This document shows, in pieces, positions 58,541 to 64,000 of a DNA stretch of 64,000 bases (positions are counted from its first letter, which is position 1; the number at the start of each line of letters is the position of its first letter). The notes beneath the pieces were generated by a model. The model was not told where the DNA came from, searched no databases, and saw only the letters and a list, made by a program, of their open reading frames with translations. The position numbers and the translations under genes were made by a program. This DNA is from Gemmatimonadaceae bacterium (GTDB lineage: Bacteria > Gemmatimonadota > Gemmatimonadetes > Gemmatimonadales > Gemmatimonadaceae), in NCBI GenBank assembly GCA_036554285.1, contig DATBNO010000109.1:248-64247 (forward strand). Direction: 5' to 3'.

Positions 58541-59604
58541 GACGCGGCGCGCGCCGGCTCGGACGCGGCGCCCGGCTCGCGGTGCATCGTGCCCTTGTAG
58601 GCCATCGGCTCTTCGGCCACGCCGAAGTTGCGTTGGGCGAGCTCGGCGACGCGGCGCATCTGGTCGCCGGTGAGCGGCGGCGCATCCGAGGCGCCGGCGA
58701 ATTCGGCGAGCTGCTCGCGATCGTAGATGTTGGGCAGCGTGGTGACCACGCGCGGCTCGGCGAGGAGCCACTGGAGCGCCGCTTGGCCTAACGTAACGCC
58801 CCGGCTGGCGAGGAAGTCGAGCGTTTGCATTTTCCGCACGCCGTTGACGAGCCAGGACCGCGGGCGGTGGCGGCGGTGATCGTTCTCGGGGAACACCGTG
58901 TCTTCGGTGTACTTGCCCTCGAGCATGCCCGACGCGTGCGTGACGCGGATGTTGAACACACAGTTAGGCGCGTGGGTCTTGGCCGCGTCGAGCATGGCCG
59001 TGCCCGGATGCTGCTCGAGGATGTTCCAGATCATCTGGATGGTGTTGATGTCGCGCTCGCGCTCCACCAACTCCACCGCTTCGTACAACCAGCCGATGGC
59101 GGGACCGAAGGCGGCGCCCCACGCGCGGATTTTCCCTTCCCGGGTGAGCGCGCGCAGCGTGTCCCACACGAGCGGATCGCGGACGTGCGCCATCTTCACG
59201 TTGTGCAGCTGCAGCACGTCGATGTAGTCGGTGTTCAAGCGGCGCAGGCATTCGTCCACGGCGCGGCGCATGAACGCGGGCTCGAAGCGCTGCGGCAGCT
59301 CGCTCTGTCCGCGGCGGGCGGATTGGGCGGCCGTATCGTAGATGTCGTAGCCGATCTTGGTGCCGTAGACGACGCGGTCGCGCATCGTGCCGAAGGCGGC
59401 GGCGAGCTGCCGCTCGCTGCGTCCGTTGCCGTAGGCATCGGCGGCGTCGAAGAACGTGATGCCGTGCGCGTCGTACGCGTCGCGCAGCATCGCGACCGCT
59501 TGGTCGTCCGTCTTGTCGCCCCACCAGCCCGTCGAGAGGGTCCAGAGGCCGAATCCAACTTCGCTCACCGAGACGCCGGTGCCGGGGAACTCCCGATGGT
59601 GCAT
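58537..59604 (-). CDS. Aldo/keto reductase
   Basis: GTGVSVSEVGFGLW...GITFFDAADAYGNGRSERQL...IDVLQLHN. ATG at 59604; an alternative TTG at 59619. Confidence 0.92.
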   Translation of the reverse strand: MHHREFPGTGVSVSEVGFGLWTLSTGWWGDKTDDQAVAMLRDAYDAHGITFFDAADAYGNGRSERQLAAAFGTMRDRVVYGTKIGYDIYDTAAQSARRGQSELPQRFEPAFMRRAVDECLRRLNTDYIDVLQLHNVKMAHVRDPLVWDTLRALTREGKIRAWGAAFGPAIGWLYEAVELVERERDINTIQMIWNILEQHPGTAMLDAAKTHAPNCVFNIRVTHASGMLEGKYTEDTVFPENDHRRHRPRSWLVNGVRKMQTLDFLASRGVTLGQAALQWLLAEPRVVTTLPNIYDREQLAEFAGASDAPPLTGDQMRRVAELAQRNFGVAEEPMAYKGTMHREPGAASEPARAAS

Positions 59605-59629
59605 CGTGCCACTCTCCAACGCGTCCGCA

Positions 59630-59649
59630 GCCTAACGTCCCGCCTAACG
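59630..59649 (+). repeat. Two direct GCCTAACG copies 12 nt apart (GCCTAACGTCCCGCCTAACG) in the hemB-AKR intergenic gap
   Basis: Read directly. The second copy contains the hemB TAG stop (complement of 59644-59646). Confidence 0.95.
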
Positions 59650-60615
59650 GAGCCGAGTGGCCGCGTCGATCGCGAAATACGAGATGATGATGTCCGCGCC
59701 GGCGCGGCGAATGGCGGTGAGCGACTCCATCATCGCGCGCTCGCCGTCGAGCCACCCGCGCTCGGCAGCCGCTTTAATCATAGCAAATTCGCCGCTCACC
59801 TGATAGGCGGCGAGGGGGACCAACGTCGTGCGCCGAACGCGCGCGATCACGTCGAGATACGGGCCCGCGGGCTTTACCATCACGGCATCGGCGCCTTCGT
59901 CCAGATCGAGCCGCACCTCGCGCACCGCTTCGCGCGCGTTGGACGGGTCCATCTGATAGCCGCGCCGATCGCCCGAGCGCGGCGTCGATTCCGCTGCCTC
60001 ACGAAACGGCCCGTAAAATACCGACGCAAACTTGGCCGCGTACGAGAGAATCGGCGTGTGCGCGAAGTGCGCGTGGTCGAGCGCGCGGCGAATGGCCGCG
60101 ACGCGCCCGTCCATCATGTCGCTCGGGGCGACGATGTCCGCGCCCGCGTGCGCATGCGACACCGCTTCGCGCGCGAGCAGCTCGAGTGTCGCATCGTTGT
60201 CGACGTCGCCGTTCGCGAGCACGCCGCAGTGTCCGTGGTCCGTGTACTCGCAGAGGCAGACGTCGGTGATGACGACCAGCTCCGGGAGCTCGCGCTTGAG
60301 CGCGCGCACCGCGTGTTGCACCGGTCCATTGTCGTCCCATGCATGTGAGCCGGTGGCGTCTTTCTCGTCGGGAATTCCGAACAGCAGCACGCCGCCCACG
60401 CCGTGCGTGGCCGCGCGCTCGGCGTCGCGCAGCATCTCGTCGACCGACGTTTGGCTGACGCCGGGCATGGCGTCGATGGGACGGCGCACGTTGGCGCCGC
60501 CGCGCACGAACAGCGGGAGGACGAGCTGCTCCGGCGCCAGGTGCGTCTCGCGCACGAGGCGGCGCAACGATTCGGTGCGCCGGAGCCGGCGCGGGCGGTT
60601 GACGGGGAATGCCAT
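59644..60615 (-). CDS. hemB: Porphobilinogen synthase (delta-aminolevulinate dehydratase)
   Basis: RPRRLR...LVLPLFV..., [15 protein letters not shown], and Schiff-base lysine region [13 protein letters not shown]. Confidence 0.95.
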   Translation of the reverse strand: MAFPVNRPRRLRRTESLRRLVRETHLAPEQLVLPLFVRGGANVRRPIDAMPGVSQTSVDEMLRDAERAATHGVGGVLLFGIPDEKDATGSHAWDDNGPVQHAVRALKRELPELVVITDVCLCEYTDHGHCGVLANGDVDNDATLELLAREAVSHAHAGADIVAPSDMMDGRVAAIRRALDHAHFAHTPILSYAAKFASVFYGPFREAAESTPRSGDRRGYQMDPSNAREAVREVRLDLDEGADAVMVKPAGPYLDVIARVRRTTLVPLAAYQVSGEFAMIKAAAERGWLDGERAMMESLTAIRRAGADIIISYFAIDAATRLR

Positions 60616-60678
60616 ATGCCTAACGCAACGAAATTGAATGAACCGGCCGGCGCGCGCGCGCCGGATCGAGTGGCGACG

Positions 60679-61704
60679 TCATTCGGGCTGCGGCACCGGC
60701 ACGGCGGCGAGACCGCGGAGCACCGCGAGAATCTCGCCCGCGCCCTTCTGTAACAACTCGGATGCGAGGCGCATCCCGGCGTCCGCCGGATGCGCCGCAT
60801 CCACGGACGTGCTGCCGCGCAGAACGCGGCGTCCCTCCACGTCGGCGATGAGACCGTGGAGCACCAGCCCGGCCGACGTCTCCATCACGAGCGCGCCGAT
60901 CGGCACCTGGCATCCCCCTTCGAGCGCGGCGAGAAACGCACGCTCGGCCGTCGTGGCCACGCCGGTGGGGGCGTGGTGCAGCGTGGAGAGGATGCCTAAC
61001 GCAGAGGCATCGTCCGCGCGCGCCTGGACCGCGATGGCGCCCTGCCCCGGCGCCGGCAGCCATTCCGGCGCATCGAGCCAGGCCGAGATGCGGCCCTGCG
61101 CATCGAGACGCCGCAGTCCCGCCGCGGCGAGAATCGCCGCGTGCACCTGCCCCTCATCCACTTTTCGCACGCGCGTCGGCACGTTGCCGCGCAGATCGAC
61201 GACATCGAGATCGGGACGCGCCGCGCGCAATTGGGCACGGCGCCTCAGACTTGACGTGCCGACCCGGCTGCCGCGTGGGAGGTCGGCCAACGATTCGGCA
61301 TCGATGTTCTCGTTCACGACGAGTACGTCGCGCGGGTCTTCGCGCTCGAGCTGCGCGGCGATCGTTAGACCGGGCGGCGAATCGGTGGGCAGGTCCTTGA
61401 GCGAATGCACGCAGCAGTCGACTCGTCCGGCGATGAGCGCGGCCTCGAGCTCGTGGGTGAACAGGCCCTTGGCGCCGATCTCGCGCAGCGGTTGGTCGGC
61501 CTTCTTATCGCCCGCGGTCTTGAACGGGACCAGCTCGGCCTCGACACCGCGCGCCGCGAGCAGGGATGCCACCTGTCGCGCTTGCCGCATGGCGAGCTCG
61601 GACGCTCTCGTGGCTATGCGAAGCGAAGTGGTCGGCACCGAAAGGGGCGTCGGCATTGCGTCGTAATCTATACCCCGCGAATGCGACCGGCGGCGCGGGG
61701 CCAC
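60679..61704 (-). CDS. hemC: Hydroxymethylbilane synthase (porphobilinogen deaminase)
   Basis: LRIATRASELAMRQA...TAGDK...GLFTHELE...VHSLKDLPT...RGNVPTR. An alternative Met start lies at 61656. Confidence 0.93.
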   Translation of the reverse strand: MAPRRRSHSRGIDYDAMPTPLSVPTTSLRIATRASELAMRQARQVASLLAARGVEAELVPFKTAGDKKADQPLREIGAKGLFTHELEAALIAGRVDCCVHSLKDLPTDSPPGLTIAAQLEREDPRDVLVVNENIDAESLADLPRGSRVGTSSLRRRAQLRAARPDLDVVDLRGNVPTRVRKVDEGQVHAAILAAAGLRRLDAQGRISAWLDAPEWLPAPGQGAIAVQARADDASALGILSTLHHAPTGVATTAERAFLAALEGGCQVPIGALVMETSAGLVLHGLIADVEGRRVLRGSTSVDAAHPADAGMRLASELLQKGAGEILAVLRGLAAVPVPQPE

Positions 61705-61708
61705 GCCT

Positions 61709-63256
61709 CTAACGCAGACCGACTACCACCGCGTCGACGAGCGCGTCGATCGTCGCCGTGGCCGCCTCGGCGTGCACGGCGAAGCCAAGCGACCGCGCGG
61801 CGGCGCTGGTCACCGGCCCCATGGTGATCACACGCGCCTCGCCCACCACATCCGCGCTGCCGCCGGCATCGACGAAGAATCGCACGGTGGACGCCGAGGT
61901 GAACGTGATCGCATCCACGGAGCCGGCCTCGAGCGCCTCACGCGCCGCCCTCGCACCCGACGCGTCGGCCACTGTCCGATAGGCGACGACCTGGTCGACG
62001 GCAGCGCCGACGCGCCCGAGCGTGTCGGGCAGCGTGTCACCCGCGCCCTCGGCTTTCACGAACAACACGCGCGCACCTCGCACATCGGGGCGATCGCGCA
62101 GGGCGTCGGCCAAGCCTTCGGCCGTGGAACGCGCCGGGATGACGTCGGCCGCGATGCCCCGCGCGAGGAGCGCGCGTGCGGTTGCCTGCCCAACCGCGCC
62201 CACGCGCACACCGGCGAACTGCCGCGCGTCGCCGCCCGCGGCGCGGAGGATGTCCCACGCGATCTCGACCGCGTTCTGCGACGTGAACAGCACCCACTGG
62301 CACTCGGTCAGACGCTCGAGCGCGGCGCGGATGGGCGCCGGGTTGGCCGCCTCGATCACGATGGCCGGCGCCTCGATCACATCTGCGCCTAACTCAGTTA
62401 GTCGAGCGGCCAGATCCGATGCCTGCGCGCGCGCGCGCGTCACGATGATGCGGCGGCCGGAGAGCGGCCGCCGGTCGAACCACGCGATCTCGTCGCGCAG
62501 CCGCGCCACTTGGCCCACGATCGTGATCGACGGCGCCGTCACCTTGGCGTCGCGCGCGGCGTCGACGATTCCCGCGAGCGTCGCGCACACGGTGCGCTGC
62601 CGCGGCCACGTGCCCCATTCCACCACCGCGGCCGGTGTGTCACCCGACAACCCCGCCTTCGACAGTGCAGCCACGATCCCCGGCAGCCGCTTGACGCCCA
62701 TGTAGAGCACGAGAGTCCCGCCGGCGCGCGCCAACGACCCCCAATCGACGTCGCTTTCGGACTTCGCCGGATCCTCGTGTCCCGTCACGAACGTCACGGC
62801 CGATGCGAGACCCCGATGCGTCACCGGAATCCCTGCGTAGGCGGGTGCGGCAACGCCCGCGGTCACGCCGGGCACGATCTCGAACGTGACACCAGCCGTC
62901 GCCAGCGCCTGCGCTTCCTCGCTGCCGCGCCCGAACACGAACGGATCGCCGCCCTTGAGGCGCACCACGCGCTTGCCCTCCCGCGCCAGCCGCACGAGGA
63001 GCGCGGTGATTTCGTCCTGCGGCGTCGACCGCGAGCCGCCGCGTTTGCCCACATCGTGGAGCTCTGCACCGGCGCGCACCCCACCGTCATGCAGGATGCG
63101 CGGATTCACGAGGGCGTCGTACACCACCGCGTCGGCGGCGCCGAGCAGCGCGTGCGCTTTCATCGTTAGCAGGCCCGGATCACCGGGGCCTGCCCCAACG
63201 AGCGAGACGAATCCGCTTGGCTTGGGGGGCGACGAGTCCCCGGAGGAAACGTGCAT
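61709..63256 (-). CDS. Fused uroporphyrinogen-III C-methyltransferase / uroporphyrinogen-III synthase (CobA-HemD)
   Basis: VSLVGAGPGDPGLLT...VVRLKGGDPFVFGRG...VPGVTAG (SUMT domain), followed by a HemD-like domain (RIIVTRA...VLFTSQNAV). Start MHVSSGD at 63256. Confidence 0.9.
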   Translation of the reverse strand: MHVSSGDSSPPKPSGFVSLVGAGPGDPGLLTMKAHALLGAADAVVYDALVNPRILHDGGVRAGAELHDVGKRGGSRSTPQDEITALLVRLAREGKRVVRLKGGDPFVFGRGSEEAQALATAGVTFEIVPGVTAGVAAPAYAGIPVTHRGLASAVTFVTGHEDPAKSESDVDWGSLARAGGTLVLYMGVKRLPGIVAALSKAGLSGDTPAAVVEWGTWPRQRTVCATLAGIVDAARDAKVTAPSITIVGQVARLRDEIAWFDRRPLSGRRIIVTRARAQASDLAARLTELGADVIEAPAIVIEAANPAPIRAALERLTECQWVLFTSQNAVEIAWDILRAAGGDARQFAGVRVGAVGQATARALLARGIAADVIPARSTAEGLADALRDRPDVRGARVLFVKAEGAGDTLPDTLGRVGAAVDQVVAYRTVADASGARAAREALEAGSVDAITFTSASTVRFFVDAGGSADVVGEARVITMGPVTSAAARSLGFAVHAEAATATIDALVDAVVVGLR

Positions 63257-63503
63257 CACAGGAAAATTTGCTTCGCCATGTTCGGTCAATTCGCAGTCCT
63301 TATGCCGAGGCGCCGCCTGGTGAGCTCCTCTGAAGTTGTTGAAAATGATAACTAAAGGGATGCGAGTGATGGGGAAGATCGCTCGGCCGCACATCCAAAG
63401 TCACCGGTGCACCCGCCTGGATGCGTTCACGCGCGTTTGCGATGCACACGCCGTCGCGCCGGGGGCGTGCATCGAGCGCCCCGGACACGTATGATCAAGG
63501 GAC

Positions 63504-64000
63504 ATGACCACGTCAGCGGGCACGTCCGCCGCGACTCACACCGTCCTCGCGGGTTGTTCGTTCGCGGGACTCGAGTACCTCTATCGCACCGTGCGGCGTC
63601 GCGGTCGGTTCCCGCATGGGGCGATGACGGTCATCGATCCGCGTCCCATTCATTCGTACATCCCCCTGGCGCACGAAGTGACCGGCGGCGTGCGCGAGGC
63701 GGATGACCTGCGCTTCGATGCGGCGGCCTTCTGCCGTGCGATCGGCGCCGAATGGATCCAGGGCGCCGTCGCCACCCTGGACCGCGAGCGCCGAGTGGTG
63801 GGGCTGGCCGACGGCAAATCGGTGCCCTACGATAGGCTGGTGATCGCGATCGGCAGCGTGCCTAACCTGCCGGAGGCGTTCGCGCGATCGCCGGCGGTGA
63901 TTCCCGCCAAATTCGTGGATGACGCGGCGGCGCTGCGCCGTCGGCTACACGTGCTGAGGGTGTCGGGCGCGAGCGTGTTGCGCGTCGCGGTGATCGGCGG
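63504..64000 (+). CDS. FAD-dependent pyridine-nucleotide-disulfide oxidoreductase (NDH-2-like), N-terminal fragment running off the window
   Basis: Not in the ORF track because there is no stop in the window. My reading from ATG 63504 gives MTTSAGTSAATHTVLAGCSFAGLEYL...IDPRPIHSYIPLAHEV...YDRLVIAIGSVPN...LRVAVIG, which fits NDH-2-type Rossmann spacing. Confidence 0.7.
   Translation, partial: MTTSAGTSAATHTVLAGCSFAGLEYLYRTVRRRGRFPHGAMTVIDPRPIHSYIPLAHEVTGGVREADDLRFDAAAFCRAIGAEWIQGAVATLDRERRVVGLADGKSVPYDRLVIAIGSVPNLPEAFARSPAVIPAKFVDDAAALRRRLHVLRVSGASVLRVAVIG

Noticed and set aside
63257-63503. The 247-bp lower-G+C leader upstream of cobA/hemD-hemC-hemB, considered as a possible cobalamin riboswitch.
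   Set aside because: Reading the - strand, I found no B12-box (GCCACTG) or other riboswitch core that I could recognise. There is only a short hairpin (GCACACGCC...GGCGTGC). It probably just holds divergent promoters. An Rfam scan would settle it.

Overview
This is a 64-kb window of very G+C-rich bacterial chromosome (about 68-72 % by eye). It is densely packed with about 60 CDS, many joined by 4-nt ATGA/GTGA start/stop overlaps. The gene content includes three PadR / ADOP-type (MacB-like) permease modules, carboxypeptidase-regulatory-like/TonB proteins, DUF2911, and many peptidases and amino-acid/peptide transporters. I associate that mix with Gemmatimonadota/Acidobacteriota-like bacteria, but this is inference only. 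Functional blocks, in order:
- HlyD-ABC2-TetR efflux operon (3.1-7.0 kb).
- Peptide/amino-acid scavenging genes scattered through the window (two M24 peptidases, M28, amidase, POT transporter, three APC permeases).
- PadR/ADOP array (12.6-25.1 kb).
- comEA-pilB-pilT-pilC type IV pilus / competence-like cluster (25.7-30.8 kb), with visibly lower G+C.
- lptF-lptG-mlaE-mlaD envelope-lipid cluster.
- ctaA-ctaB.
- An unassigned cluster of B12-radical-SAM, flavoprotein, flavin reductase, methyltransferase, SRPBCC and KAS genes (50.9-56.6 kb).
- AKR-ppa-DHH operon.
- cobA/hemD-hemC-hemB.
I recognised no rRNA, tRNA, CRISPR, transposase or integrase. The most unusual signal is not a gene. The asymmetric 8-mer GCCTAACG (reverse complement CGTTAGGC) occurs 70 times exactly by my hand count, and about 98 times as the 7-mer core. 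That is roughly 30-fold above a base-composition expectation. It occurs in both orientations, inside and between genes. It forces rare codons, supplies stop codons, and marks every convergent gene junction either exactly or as a degenerate variant. It is absent from the pilT-pilB-comEA segment. I interpret it as a candidate DNA-uptake-sequence-like (alternatively Chi-like) genomic signature. This is a hypothesis, not a demonstrated function.
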